A stretch of 64,000 nt of DNA from Catajapyx aquilonaris. Lineage: Eukaryota. A program made the translations under genes and the position numbers. The notes under the pieces were generated by a model, which did no database searches, had not been told where the DNA came from, and worked only from the letters and a program-made list of their open reading frames with translations. This document shows, piece after piece, positions 1 to 12,685 of this stretch (positions are counted from its first letter, which is position 1; the number at the start of each line of letters is the position of its first letter). Location of the stretch: contig KZ538245.1 in the NCBI GenBank assembly GCA_000934665.2, positions 1 to 64,000 on the forward strand, in the 5' to 3' direction.

Positions 1-1197
1 TTGGATGACAAGAATGAAATCGCCATCAGCTAAGTCATTGCTATTAGCACCCTGTTGTTCACCCTGAAACTTTGCAAGGAGTACTGGATTCTTATCACCC
101 TTGTCTTCCATTTCCTTCATCCACATCATAACACTGGTGGCATCGTCATCATGGCGATTGCCATGCCCGGCAATCCCATATGACTTACCGATGTTTTTGA
201 TATCATTCTTGGTTAGTAATTGCATTCTACTTAAGACCCCATCACCACTGAGTTTACGTGCATCATGCAAGATAGTGTCAGAACTTAACTTGGCCTTCAA
301 CTGGTGTGCAATGAGTTCCCTGTCATTGCCGCTTAGCGGTAGCAAACCAACATTCAGCTCGTGCCCATAATGTTCCATGCAATATGACACATGATATTCA
401 CCAGAAGGTTTCACCTTAACTACCATGTGTGCAGTGCAATGCCTCTCAATCTTTCTGCTCTTGTTAAAGTCATTTCCTACCTCGGCCCTGCAATTTCCTG
501 ACCTGTTGCAGTACATACGGACAACATTGTAGTGAGTGTACCTCTCAATGCCACAAATTTGCACAAAACTTGTAGTGGTCTGTTGTTCCATGTCTGTCTT
601 CCAAGTCTCAAATTCTGACACATCAGTAAAGCTTTTCTCCTGCATGAAATATTTTGCAACGTTGTGAGATTCGTGCAAGTGGTGTGTGAGGGCTTTCAAA
701 GTCACAAAAGTTTCGGTACAGTTTTGACATTGTATATGGTGCGCTGCGTCAATTACCATGTCCGTGTGTTCAGTCCGAATGTGATTGTCAAGGTCTAAAA
801 ACGTTTCCGTGCAATACTGGCAAACACTGCCAAGCGAAACACTTTCATCTACTCCCTCGATACCATTCCCGTTCCCACATGTTATTGCAATATTATCAAG
901 AGCAGTTAGTTCATGAGATTGTGGACAAGTGCTTGTCACTGTTTCATTTCCCACTAGCTGATTCAGATTATGAATCTTCCGATGTCGATGGAGACCCTGC
1001 TTCTGTTGAAATTTTTTGTCACAAATGGAGCATGTAAATGCGCCCTTGACCTCACTTTTTTCAGGGTGTCGATTCTTTCCCTGACTTCTGAGCTTGTGCT
1101 TCCGGAGGCTGTCTTTGCTTTTGAAACCCTTTCCACAAACCTCACATGTAAATACCTCATTATCAAGGCAAGACAAACTAGATGCATGTTGCGCCAT
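1..1197 (-). mobile_element. C2H2 zinc-finger + Mutator-like (MULE) transposase ORF, running off the window's left edge
   Basis: Stop-free frame from ATG 1197 to position 1 (absent from the ORF track because there is no stop codon in the window). It encodes C2H2-type fingers (CEVCGKGFKSKDSLRKH, CSICDKKFQQKQGLHRHRKIH, CQYC..HIRTEH, CQNC..HLHESH), then YCNRSG...CTAHM...YCMEHYGH and RHDDDATSV...DFILVIQ, typical of the N-terminal half of ZnF-MULE transposases. The DDE core would lie outside the window. Confidence 0.7.
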
Positions 1198-1775
1198 GAT
1201 CCAAATTCATATGCAGACAAAATCCCACAAAAAATTGTTCACAATACAAGAATCGCTGAAAATAAGAACTACTGTATATTAATGCAGGTGGTGATGTATA
1301 CGTCACCAAATCTAGTCTAGGCGTTCCTCTAGGGTCTAGGCTGCGGCTGGTCTCAGAGATCCGACAGTGGTGTAGCAGGAAAACCTTCCTCTGCTACCTC
1401 AACTGAAGGAATGAGGATGGAGGAAGCAAGGGTACACAAAATGATTCACAGTATTGGCGACAGTATGTCTAGACGCACCACGTGACCCACTGCAGGCAAT
1501 GAAGGGGGTTTTCAGGGATTTATTTTTCTATGCCTCACTTTAGAGTCAATTATTGTACATTCCTGCTGGTCTTCGTGAACAGTACTACATTTTAAATTGT
1601 TTCTCTAGGCCTATATATAATAGTTAATGCGTAGTCCAAAACTTTCAGAATCAATATAGCTACCTTAGTTTTAGCAAATAATTATATGACTTATTATTTC
1701 TGAAAGCCTTGGAATTCCTTTCTGCCTTCCTTTCTCCCTCGGCAACAGGAGGGATTCAGCAGTTAGTCATCCCTA

Positions 1776-2003
1776 CAGGGTGTATCAGTGTCACAGGTCA
1801 AGCGCGCGTGAGGGTGGGGAAAACTCGTAGGTGGCGACTATACCGGCCACTATACCCCGCCGGTCGGTTTTATAAGACAATTAGAAATACGGCGCCGTAT
1901 TTCTAATTGTTTTATAAAACCGACCGGGGTTAGTCGCCACCGCCTACGATTTTTCCCCACCCCCTCACGCGCGCTTGACCTACTGTGACTCTGATACACC
2001 CTG
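1776..2003. mobile_element. Palindromic MITE, Tc1/mariner-like
   Basis: TA|cagggtgtatcag...ctgatacaccctg|TA termini with near-complete internal fold-back symmetry centred near 1888. Confidence 0.8.
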
Positions 2004-2054
2004 TAGAGCCCCAAGGGTAACGGCGAGAGAGCGACTAACAGTTCCTTTGACTAA

Positions 2055-2271
2055 CAGAGTGTCCCACAAATCTGGACACATAGCATACTGGATTGTATTG
2101 TTGGTTGCCAGTTGTGCCAACTCCAAGAATCAACCAGTCAACATAGCATGGCGATAAACTGCTGCCGTAGTTGTCACAACTGAAAACCAAACCAACAGTG
2201 CATTCTATTTGATTCTATACAATTCTATATTATATCTAAGTATGTGTCCAGCACACTTTGGGGTCACACTG
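2055..2271. mobile_element. Degenerate Tc1/mariner-like MITE
   Basis: Imperfect TIRs: acagagtgtcccacaaatctggacacata ... tatgtgtccagcacactttggggtcacactgt. Confidence 0.5.
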
Positions 2272-4422
2272 TATAGGCTGACAGAGTGACTGGACGGCGC
2301 GCCACACATGCTCACACACACACAAAAATAGTTTTAAATAATAATACCATAATATACTGTATGTGTGGGAAACAGTGAATAGACAATGCGCCCTGCTTTG
2401 AAATAGTCGACAAATATTTTGCCTTATTTATTTTTTGTTATTGTTTTCCGTTTATATCGTGAACTGCCCCTTCTTGTTTCTCTGAAATTAATGAAAAATA
2501 ACATTTTGAGTTAAATAAAAATGATCTTTAACATAGCTACTCAAACGCTTAAATTTATCCTGTCATTCAGTTTCGTACATATGCAGGCGCTATAGGTGAA
2601 AATACTACCCTCACCTTTATGCCAAAGACAAGTACCGGTATGTGCAAAACTCATGTTTTGTGATAAATGATATTATCATATTGAAAGTTCCCATTTTTAA
2701 TGACATGGATTGGGAAAATTTTAGTTTCAATCAAAATTTAAGCTGAATAGTATTCGAAAAAAATACGTCATTTTGCTATGATAAAATATCGCAAGACAAT
2801 TACTTGAAAAATAACAAAAGCCTATTTATAATGCACACAAGTGCCTTTTACATCGGGCGACAGCAGTTAGTGCTTTGTTCCTTTCATACAATAATATATA
2901 GTGCACAAAGGTGAAGCGTGTTTAATCAATCTGGCTAGAGATTTTATTATAGCCAATAGCGAATATATCACCGCTCAATAACTCCTGGAATATTCTACGA
3001 TCAAAGAGAAGCGGGCTAATATTAGTAGTAAATTGTAAAAAATATATATCAGGTTTATTAGTGTCTTGATATCTGGTAAAACTGGCATTAATAACGTTTC
3101 TAAATGTAGCGCACATTCTCACGATTCAGACGGACCAAAATAGCAAGAAAATCAATAAGACAAGCACCTTTTGTTTCTAGGAATGAACTATAATAACATT
3201 TTTGTTTAGAACATGGTTGTAAACAGGTACTCCTATTATGGGTAAAATCAGAGAACATTTTCCCAACAAAAATCCGCATCAGAAACGTGAGGTATAAGCA
3301 AAATTAATGACGATAAATGCAATGGGCGATGCGAAATCACATCTTCGTGAGTTTCTAGTTTCTATAGGCGTGGTAATCAAAAGGCGTGCGTGGTTTACCC
3401 CAAGTTTATACCCACCTCGCTCAAAAAACAAAACAAAAAAGCAACAAAAAGCGAGTTCAATAATATGCCTGGAAAGTCCGGACCGGTATTTACTATACCC
3501 GGTAGTATACCGGCATTCAAACCATTTTTACAATTACGTGGGGCCTTCCCGATCTTGCAAAAATCACAATGATTTACCTTATTTGATGAAGGAAGGAGAA
3601 AGTCATTTTTGTGAAACGATGCGTTGCATAAATAATTGCATTCTTGTCATTCTAGATACCTATGTGCAACATTGCGAAATTGTGAATAGCCTATTATAAG
3701 CTATTACATGCAAATCAGTGAGGCCATAGGGTAATTATTGCCACCAGATATTTAGGATAATAAGGGCATTTTTAAAATTGTGGTGTTAATACCTGGGGTG
3801 TAGGCTACCGTAATGATATGACGAGCTACAGCAAAAACGAATAGGCAAGTTTAAGGACCTATGTCACGGGTAAAGATTTATTTGGGTCAAGAAATGTCAG
3901 GAAACGGCAAGGCTGGCCAGATCCCAACCCGCCAGTTGCATTCCAATCTCTTTTCGTCCCCTCGACGCCTCCAGGGGTTTGCATTCTCAAGCAGACACAT
4001 GTGGCGTTCATGGTGTGTGTGTGTCACGCTGGGTGGGTGAGGGAGAGGTGTCTGGGAGGGAAGGGGGAAGGAGGGGAGGCCTCCATCCTCCCTCTCTCCT
4101 TCTGTGGGCCCCGCACAGCGCGTTGGAGAGGCATGAACCATTGAGACATGCGCCACGCACGTCTGCGCACACCCTGACGTCACATTGTCCCGATGTTGAC
4201 TCTGCGGTTACCTTCTCGTTTTTTTTCCCCGTTGAGCACACGTGGTGATCTCAACTGATATTATTTTGATCGCTCTAGTTGCGCTCATTGTCTTCAGAAA
4301 CCGTAAGAAACTGTGGCTCAAATGTTCTGTCGTTTGTGTGGAATTAATGAGGTTCATATTTTGTGTGGTGGTGGCGGAATTTAGGTTCAGACCTGCAGAA
4401 CACCCCTTCTTATTGTTCAGCC

Positions 4423-6432
4423 ATGGTGGGTAAGAAAAGACAGAGGGAAAACTCTGAAGGGACTGTTCAGAAGCCCAAAACAACTGTGCCGACTGTTCGT
4501 TCCTCGGATGATCCTGCTCCTAAGAAGGTGAGCCTACAACATACAAAAGCATACAAAAGGTACCCCCGCGAGCATAGATGGAGACGGCAGCAGGCCCTTT
4601 TTTCACCTTTCTTTATCCGACTCAAATTAATGAACTATTTTTTGGACCGAGTTTGCTGCTTCAGGCGTGTGTTCGTGTATTTATGACAGTATATTTGATA
4701 CCGTAATTGCTGAGATTGACAGAGCAGCCTGCCGAAGGTGCGGGCCTGCCGTCTCCATCTTCATGCTCGCAGGTGTACTGTACATATGTGCACAAGCAAT
4801 GTACGAAACGTACGAGCATACAAAAGCGTATGAAACATACGTACAAACATACAAAAGCATATAAAACATACCAACGTGCAAAGGCGTACAAAGCTTGCAT
4901 AACGTACATAGCGTACTATATGTACAAAACGTACAAACATACAAAAGTGTACAGCATGTACAAACATACGAAAGCATACAATATTATACAAAAGCGTACG
5001 AATGCGAAAGTAGTCAAAGAGATAGTCCATGCAACAATTACAGTGTTGACAGATGAACACTCGAGTTATAACAATATATATATATATATATATATTTTTA
5101 AATGTTATTATTTTTGTTTCCACAGCCTAAGTGGAAGAACCGCGAGCGAGTCTTGGTCTTTGCGGCAAGGCGCATAACGTACCAGGCGCGGCATCTGATG
5201 GATGACCTGCGAAGCATGATGCCGCATTGTCGGCCGGAGAGCAAAATGGAGAGGAAGGATTCACTCTTTGTCGTAAATGAGGTGAGTGCTTCGTTCAATC
5301 AGCGAAGTAAAAAACACATGCTCAGTGACGAAATGTTGCGTACATTATGACATGAAAATAGCTGTTACATTCATGTAGTTACTTTCGACTTTTATCGGCT
5401 GCATTTATTCGGTTGGATAGCACAATTATTTTTTTCACTTATTCTTTCATCGCTTTTGTGTTCTAGATTTGTGAAATGCGGAACTGCCAGAAGTGCGTCT
5501 TCTTTGAGGGACGTAGGAGAGGAGACCTCTACATGTGGATTTCAAGAGTTCCGCATGGCCCGGCCGCTAAGTTCCAAGTGGAGAACGGTACGGACAACTC
5601 CATTTTTGTCACTTTCATTTACATCTTTGCATCAATCTGTTTGTATCCTTCCAGTCCACACGTTGGAGGAGCTGAAATTCAGCGGGAATTGTCTGAAAGG
5701 TTCGCGTCCCCTCCTTTCATTTGACGCCAACTTTGAATCAGAACCGCATTACGCGCTGCTGAAAGAACTCTTCATACAGGTACGAATTATTTGGCAATGA
5801 GTTATTTGCTGATTTTTTTAAAAAAATCCTTTTGATTGTTGTCAACAATGGTTGCTGTGCCGATTCTTGTTATAACCGACGAGTTATACCTGGCCTAACT
5901 TTGGTTAACCAGCCTTGCTCATTAACGACTGGTTTTTCGACAGATATTCGGCACTCCTCACTACCATCCAAAGAGTCAGCCGTTTGTGGATCACGTACTC
6001 ACGTTCACTGTGCTGGATTCGAGGATATGGGTCCGCAACTATCAGTTGGAAGGCGAAGGCGGCGGACTGGTGGAGATCGGACCTCGCATGACCCTCAATC
6101 CCATCAAGATCTTCTCAGGAAGTTTTTCAGGCGAAACCCTCTGGAGCAACTCACATTTTGTGTCGCCCGCTGTCATCCGAAGGCAGATTAAGCAGGTGGC
6201 ATCGATGAAGTATATGGACAGAGTTCAGCAGAGGATGGCCAGAGAAGCCAAAGAAGAGGAGCTGGCTGGTCTTGGATTTAGGATGGATCCGACTGACGAG
6301 GTATTCAAAGGCGAGCCAGGGGAGGATGACATTCAAGAGTTTCATGCAGAGGCAAAGAAGAAGGGCGGAAAGAGGAGGAAGAGGTCATCAAGCGGGAAGC
6401 AAGGAGGGTGGGACGTGCAAGATATTGCGTAA
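4423..6432 (+). CDS. BRIX1: Ribosome biogenesis protein BRX1 (Brix domain); exons about 4423-4527, 5126-5281, 5468-5587, 5655-5779, 5945-6432
   Basis: Spliced translation gives KWKNRERVLVFAARRITYQARHLMDDL...HGPAAKFQVENVHTLEELKFSGNCLKGSRPLLSFD...LVEIGPRMTLNPIKIFSGSFSGETLW, characteristic Brx1 motifs, with GT-AG introns. A probable 5'UTR intron lies at 4303-4420. Confidence 0.95.
4560..4778. mobile_element. MITE inserted in BRIX1 intron 1
   Basis: TIRs gtacccccgcgagcatagatggagacggcag ... ctgccgtctccatcttcatgctcgcaggtgtac, interrupting a catacaaaag minisatellite. Confidence 0.7.
4790..5010. repeat. Degenerate minisatellite (catacaaaag/cgtacaaa)
   Basis: Tandem ~10-bp units; these explain the spurious ORFs at 4661-5177. 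Confidence 0.8.
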
Positions 6433-6841
6433 CGGACGTGAAAATATTGATTGCGAAATAAATTGTTTCTTACTACGTTAAGCACCTTCATTACGTCAAT
6501 ACCTGGTAATACTGTGGCATCGGAGAAGCGAAAAGAACGGCTGGAAAGTCAATGCTCGTACAGCATTAATTCGTACATCAGGTCTGAGGGCAGGATGTTT
6601 ACTTATAAGTACGTAGTAAGAGTTGGCATGCAAAAAAAAAAATGTGACAAAGTTACAGTTGTTACATCAATTGCAAGTTGAAATGTGCATGATCGATCAT
6701 AAACCCATGTTATTCGCATATAATTAATCGCTGTGTTTATGATTAATAATTGACAAGCCGTTAAAGTTGTCAATAGGACCTTGTAAGCAAAAAAATATGC
6801 ATCACACAGATTATCTGCTTATCGGCTTGAAAATGTAGATT

Positions 6842-9098
6842 TCATCTCAGAAAGATTCGTAGATGAGCGGGTTTGGGCTTCCGCAATTTCTGGCTCATTT
6901 CGGTGACAAACACTACGAGAGAAGCTGCCAGTCCCATGCACCAGAAGAACATAACGACTGCGATGTGATAAATATTCAGCTTCTTTCCCTTCCCAGTATT
7001 GAAGTGCAAATTGTTCTTCCAACGGTTTTCTGCCAGGTTGAACAACAGCTTCTGATATGTCTGTTCTTCGTACCACTGATGCAATATTCCAGACTCCAAG
7101 AGTTGCTGGAAGTAGTACTTGAACGTTTGCGAGTACACGGCTCCTTTGTGGGTGGTGGCCACCACAAAGATCTGGTAGTTTTTCATCGGAGCGACCTGAA
7201 AAGTCAGCTCTCCGCTTGGATCCATGAATTCGCCCACTACCCGATATATGAAGAAGCTGTATGCAATGCAAGCACGCTCAGGAATGCCCACAACTTTCTC
7301 CACGCAGGACAGCGAGTTCAGGATGATGTCGGATTTGTTGAACAACGCAATGTGTGTCGGATTCACTATTTGCGTGCTGACCTAAACGTGGTTGGAAAAA
7401 GTTTCAGTCACATTTACGGATTAAAAGAGCTGCGATTACCCCCATATACCTGCTTCAATGCGAGAGAATCAGCGAATGGAATGATAGTCTTGAATCCGGA
7501 GTGATACAACTCGTCCAAGTTCTTGGGCAGTACCTCCAAATGCGGCGTTGCGATGATCCCAACAAGTTTGGTCCTGTAGGCGCAGGTGATCACGATCGCC
7601 AGGATCCAAAACGCAGTGGCGAAGACACGAATATCGTTGGATTCAGGCAGTTCAGGCGGCTGCTCCAGCAGCATCCTTCCAAGAGCAGACATGGCTGACG
7701 TCAACCTGAATGCAAACATATTAAATTGATTGATTGATTGATTAATAGATAGATAGACAGATGCATTGATGGATTGATTGATTAATAGAGAGACATGAAT
7801 GAATGAATGAATTGTTGATTGTTTGATAAATAATTAATAATTATTGAGATATTAATTGATTAATTGATTGATAGGTACCAACCTGAATGTGTACAGCCGC
7901 CGATGCCCAAGCTTCCAGAGGACAAAGATGCAAAGTACGACAGAGACGCACAAGTAGATCCAAGTGACTTTTGTCAGAGGCTCGAACAGAAGGTTCCATC
8001 TGAAGGACTGTCTGGGCAGAGCGGTGACGAACGTGATGTGGAAATAGTAGATCGGGTGTGTCACTTGGATGTACTGAAGAGCTTCTGGGACCAGGACGTA
8101 GATGAAGCCGCATTCAGACCTCTCTGCGTACAGCTCCCCGATGGTGCCCATCCACGATCCGTTGTCCATTTGGTAGTCCCATTTCTCCTCGGTCACAGTC
8201 GGCTGTCTGATTTTGACGTGGGCGTCCAATGCGTCCTCCAAGTGGACGCAGAACTTCTCAAATGGAGTGAGACGATGGTTCCCCAATGTATGTCTGATGT
8301 GACGGGCATTCGTTGTGTCTATCAGCTCGAAGTGGTTGAAGACAATGCTGAGGCCATGCAGACGTCGTGACATATCTGGGTAGTAGTAGTGACCTCTCAC
8401 AGTCTTGTGGGGGTAACCAACAAGTCTCAAAGGCGAAGGAGAACCAGAGTCGCAGTAGAAGCATGTGGTTTCCATGCTCAAAGCTTGTGCAGTGGAATTG
8501 TAACTGTGTGAGACAACATCAGAATATTAGTAGCTGTAAAATGGGACAAATCTTTGTTGTCAACAACTCACCTGGAGGCCAGCTTGAATCGGATTCCTGC
8601 TGCTGGATGTTGTGTAAACATCCCCTGTGGATCTCCACGTCTGAAGTGAACCAGAAAGTAGTCGTCAAGATTCCTGATGCGAACGTGGGCTATGGCATGG
8701 AGTATCATTTTGGTGAAATCTTGAGGATCTTCCAACACGAAGAGGTTGAGGGCGCATGTACCACCAGGTGATAGCCTGGACTTCATCTCTGGAGGCATTG
8801 TCCGAAATGAGTTCATCTGCTCCTCCTTTGTGATGGCCAGATACTCGTTCCATGGCTTTGGGGTCAGCTTGGTGTGCTGACCAATACTGAGAGACACTGA
8901 TGGCCTATAGGACAGTCTCAGTGGGACGAATGTGTCATTATCTGATTTGACTATCACCAGGGAACAATCAGAGTGCTCCAATTCGCGCAGAAGGTCTGAA
9001 ACCAGCTGGTTCAGGACATGATCTTCTTCAGATTCAGGAGTGGTTGACGGTAACCCAAAGGTCACGGTCAGCCAGAGAAGAGACAACCAAGCCCACAT
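6842..9098 (-). CDS. Divergent ionotropic (chemosensory) receptor IR-A; introns about 8505-8571, 7706-7882, 7382-7449
   Basis: Signal peptide MWAWLSLLWLTVTFG; S1 motif DNGSWMGTIGELYAERSE; LFEPLTKVTW (pre-M1); GRMLLEQP (pore); FWILAIVITCAYRTKLVGII (M3); LLESGILHQW; M4 helix at the C-terminus. Confidence 0.88.
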
Positions 9099-9489
9099 TA
9101 TGCAGAGAAGTTGACAAGTACGTCTAACTTGAAGCACATACAGCGCAGTAACTATCAAAAAAAAAAACAATTTCGGAAAGTGCTCGAACTGCTATTAATA
9201 GTGCTCAATGCTCATTTGGCTAATAGCTTCGAAGCACTTAATGATAACTGGGTACTGTGACACATTCACCCCTATTAACAATGTATAAGACATTCACTTT
9301 CGCATATGATTTGTGCTAAATAAATATGCAAAGATTGATCATAATAATTTTTTTACATATCATATGATATCGATGGTGCTACAGGTGTTATGATGTTGTG
9401 ATGCAATGTTTTTAGGAATTTTAAGAAAGTACTATTAGTAAGTGCTCAGAAGTCAATAATGCATCGGCACTACTTGTAGCGCATACGAG

Positions 9490-9865
9490 GTCACGGATCG
9501 TCTCTGATAGTCACGGATCGTCATGGATGGTCCCTGATAGTCACGGATAGTTACAGTCACGGATCGTCACGGATAGCCACAGATAGTCACAGATGGTCAC
9601 GGATAGTCACAGTCACGGATAGCCACGGATCGTCACGGATAGTCATAGTCACGGATCGTCACGGATGGTCACGGATAGTCACGGATATCTACCGATAGCT
9701 ACGGATAGTCAATGATCGTCACGGATAGCCACGGATAGTCAATGATCGTCACAGTCACGGATGGTCACGGATAGTTTCACAGTCACGGATCGTCATGGAT
9801 GGTCACGGATAAGTCAATGATCGTCACGGATAGCTACGGATAGTCAATGATCGTCACGGATCGTA
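9490..9865. repeat. 10-bp tandem minisatellite (tcacggatag/tcacggatcg)
   Basis: Directly visible tandem units between IR-A and IR-B. Confidence 0.9.
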
Positions 9866-9962
9866 AATATCAGAAGATTACAGGAACATTTCCAGGACTT
9901 AGAGTATAGACAGAGCAAATTGTGTTTGTTGTGAGCATTAGTAACATTGGTGATGTGAACAT

Positions 9963-12576
9963 TTATCTAAGAAAAATCCTGAGGTGTGCTGGCTTAGGTT
10001 TTCTGAGTCCACAGCATGTCTCACTGACAAACCCAAGGACTGAAACAGCCAGTCCCATAAACCAGAAGAAGAAGACCACTGCGATGTGCATCATCTTCAA
10101 CTTCTTTTCGTTTTCAGCCTCGTTCTCATCATCATCATCCTTCTTTTTCCATCTGCTATCTGCCAGGTTGTACAGCTGTCTCATGAACGTCTGCTCCTTG
10201 TACCACTGTGGAAGTATCCCAGACTCCAGGAGCCTTTGGAAGTAGTCCCTGAAGGCTTGTGCATACACTGCTCCGTTGTGAGTTGTGGCCACCACGAATA
10301 TCTTGTAGTTCTTCATAGGAGCCACCTGAAATGTCAGCTCTCCTTTTGGATTGATGAACTCTCCAACGATCCTGTCTATGAAGAAGCTGTAGGCGATACA
10401 TGCGTACCCTGGAGCTCCAACAACTTGCTCCACACACGACTGGGAGTTCAGGATGATGTCTGACTTGTTCAACACCGAAATGTGATACGGATTCACAATT
10501 TGGGTGCTCACCTGAAAACATCCTGTAAGTTAGGCTTCCTGTGCATTCGTGATGTCTGAAGTGTAGCTCTGAATAGTCAGGATGAAACTAACCTGCTTCA
10601 GTGCTAATGAATCAGCAAACGGGATGATCGTTTTGAATTTGGACAAGTACAGATCGTCCAAGTTCTTCGGCAGCACTTCCTTCTGTGGTGTGGCTATTAT
10701 CCCTACCAGTTTGCTTCTGTACCCACATGTGATCACGATGGCCAGGATCCAAAAGGTGGTCGAAAAGATTCGGATGTCGTTCGAATCCGGGAGAACCGGA
10801 GGCTGCTCCATCAGCATCCTTCCAAGGGCAGCCATGGCCGAGGACAACCTGAAGGTGTAAGATCGCCTGTGACCCAGCTTCCAGAGGACCAGAGAACAAA
10901 GCAAGACGCTGGCACACAGGTACATCCAAACTTCAAAAGTCATAGGCTCGAACAGAAGGTTCCATCTAAAGGACAGTCGAGGCAGGGCTGTCACAAAGGT
11001 CAGATGGAAGTAGTAGATCGGCTGGGTCATCTCGATGTAAGGCACAGCTTCTGGGACCAGCACGTAGATCAACCCTGCCTCTGACCTATTTGATGAAAAA
11101 AATCATAAATCATATTTTGAGTCGTTCGCAACAATGTCAGAAGAGGCGCAAGCATTCGATTTCCGCGTCTCTCTGTTTGGTGCGTTGCCAAGGATGGCGG
11201 CCATCTTGAAGTGTGGGGAACGCCAACGAGGTGTAAATAGGGTACAGGCAAAAATAGGGTCCGCCATCTTTGATTCGCGCGTGTTCTTGCCATGTAGTTG
11301 CCATGGCCGCTAAAACCATCAAAGATGGCGAACCATATTTTAGCCTGTACCCTATTTATACCTCGTTGGCGTTCCCCACACTTCAAGATGGCCGCCAGCC
11401 TTGACAACGGCCCCAAACAGAGAGACGCGAACATCAAAGGCGCCGACAGAAGTTTGCGCCTCTTATGTTGACAATGTACTGACCTTCCGGCGTACAGCTC
11501 TCCAATGGTGCCCATCCACGATCCGTTGTCCATTTGATAGTCCCATTTCCCTTCTGTCACAGTCGGCTGTCTTATTTTGACGTGGGCGTCCAATGCGTCC
11601 TCCAAGTGGATGCAGAACTTCTCAAATGGAGTGAGACGATGGTTGCCCCATGTACGTCTGATGTGACGGGCATTCTTTGTGTCTATCAGCTCGAAGTGGT
11701 TGAAGACAATGTTGAGACCATGCAGACTTCGTGACATATCTGGGTAGTAGTAGTGACCTCTCACAGTCTTGTGGGGGTAACCAACAAGTCTCAAAGGCGA
11801 AGGAGAACCAGCGTCGCAGTAGGTACAAGTTGTCTCCATGCTCATAGCTTGTGCACTAGCGTTGTAGCTAAAAGGCATTGTATGGTATACACGTACTAAC
11901 AGTTTAGACATTTTTTAAAAAAATAAAAAAGTGTAGTTTTCAGACTGTTCCCATGAACCATCAGCATGTAAGACGTCAGCCAGGACATACAAACATACGG
12001 ACACACATCCTTTATATATACCATGAGAGAAAGATTAACTCACCTTGATGCAACCTTCAATCTGATACTTGCACTTGGATGCTGTACGAACAACTCTTGA
12101 GGATCTCCCTTCCTAAAGTGCATTAGGAAGTAATCTTCGAGATTCCTGATGCGAACGTGGGCTATGGCATGGAGTATCATTTTGGGGAAATCTTGAGGAT
12201 CTTCCAACACGAAGAGGTTGAGGGCGCATGTACCACCAGGTGATAGCCTGGACTTCATCTCTGGAGGCATTGTCCGAAATGAGTTCATCTGCTCCTCCTT
12301 TGTGATGGCCATGTACTCGTTCCATGGTTTCAAAGTGTGCGTTGTCTGTTGTCCGATGTTGAGGATCACAGTAGGCCGGTACAAGAAGGACTTTCCAGTG
12401 AGATAGCTGGCATGACCTGATCTGACTAGCACCAGTGAGCAATCGGAGTTCTCGAGGTCACGTAGCAGGTCATATGTCAGCTGCATCAAAACTTGATCTT
12501 CTTTGGAGTCAGTTGTAGTAGTTGAAGGTAACCCGAAGGTCACCACGAAGCAATTACATATCAGTAATATCCACAT
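9963..12576 (-). CDS. Divergent ionotropic receptor IR-B, tandem paralog of IR-A; introns about 11869-12043, 11086-11483, 10512-10592
   Basis: Same motifs as IR-A, with long near-identical stretches and an identical C-terminus LRKPKPAHLRIFLR. Confidence 0.88.
11145..11468. mobile_element. Dispersed fold-back repeat filling the IR-B-specific intron; second copy at about 62961-63275
   Basis: Internal inverted arms (cgcgtctctctgtttg..gatggcggccat..gaagtgtggggaacgccaacgag) and high similarity to 62961-63275. Confidence 0.8.
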
Positions 12577-12624
12577 AACCTGTAGTACACAAAATGTACT
12601 GTCACTTCTATAGGATAGTGTCAG

Positions 12625-12685
12625 TGAAGCTCAAAATAGCCTCCAAGAAAGGCATAGCCTTTCTTGGAGGCTATTTTGAGCTTCA
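12625..12685. repeat. Perfect 29-bp inverted repeat with a 3-nt loop upstream of IR-B
   Basis: tgaagctcaaaatagcctccaagaaaggc-ata-gcctttcttggaggctattttgagcttca. Confidence 0.9.

Noticed and set aside
4661..5177. Several overlapping Tyr/Cys/Lys-rich ORFs
   Set aside because: They arise from a MITE plus a minisatellite in BRIX1 intron 1.
6863..7504. 213-aa + strand ORF and similar antisense ORFs over IR, TRAM1, NDUFA8 and Ars2 exons
   Set aside because: Shadow ORFs opposite real coding exons.
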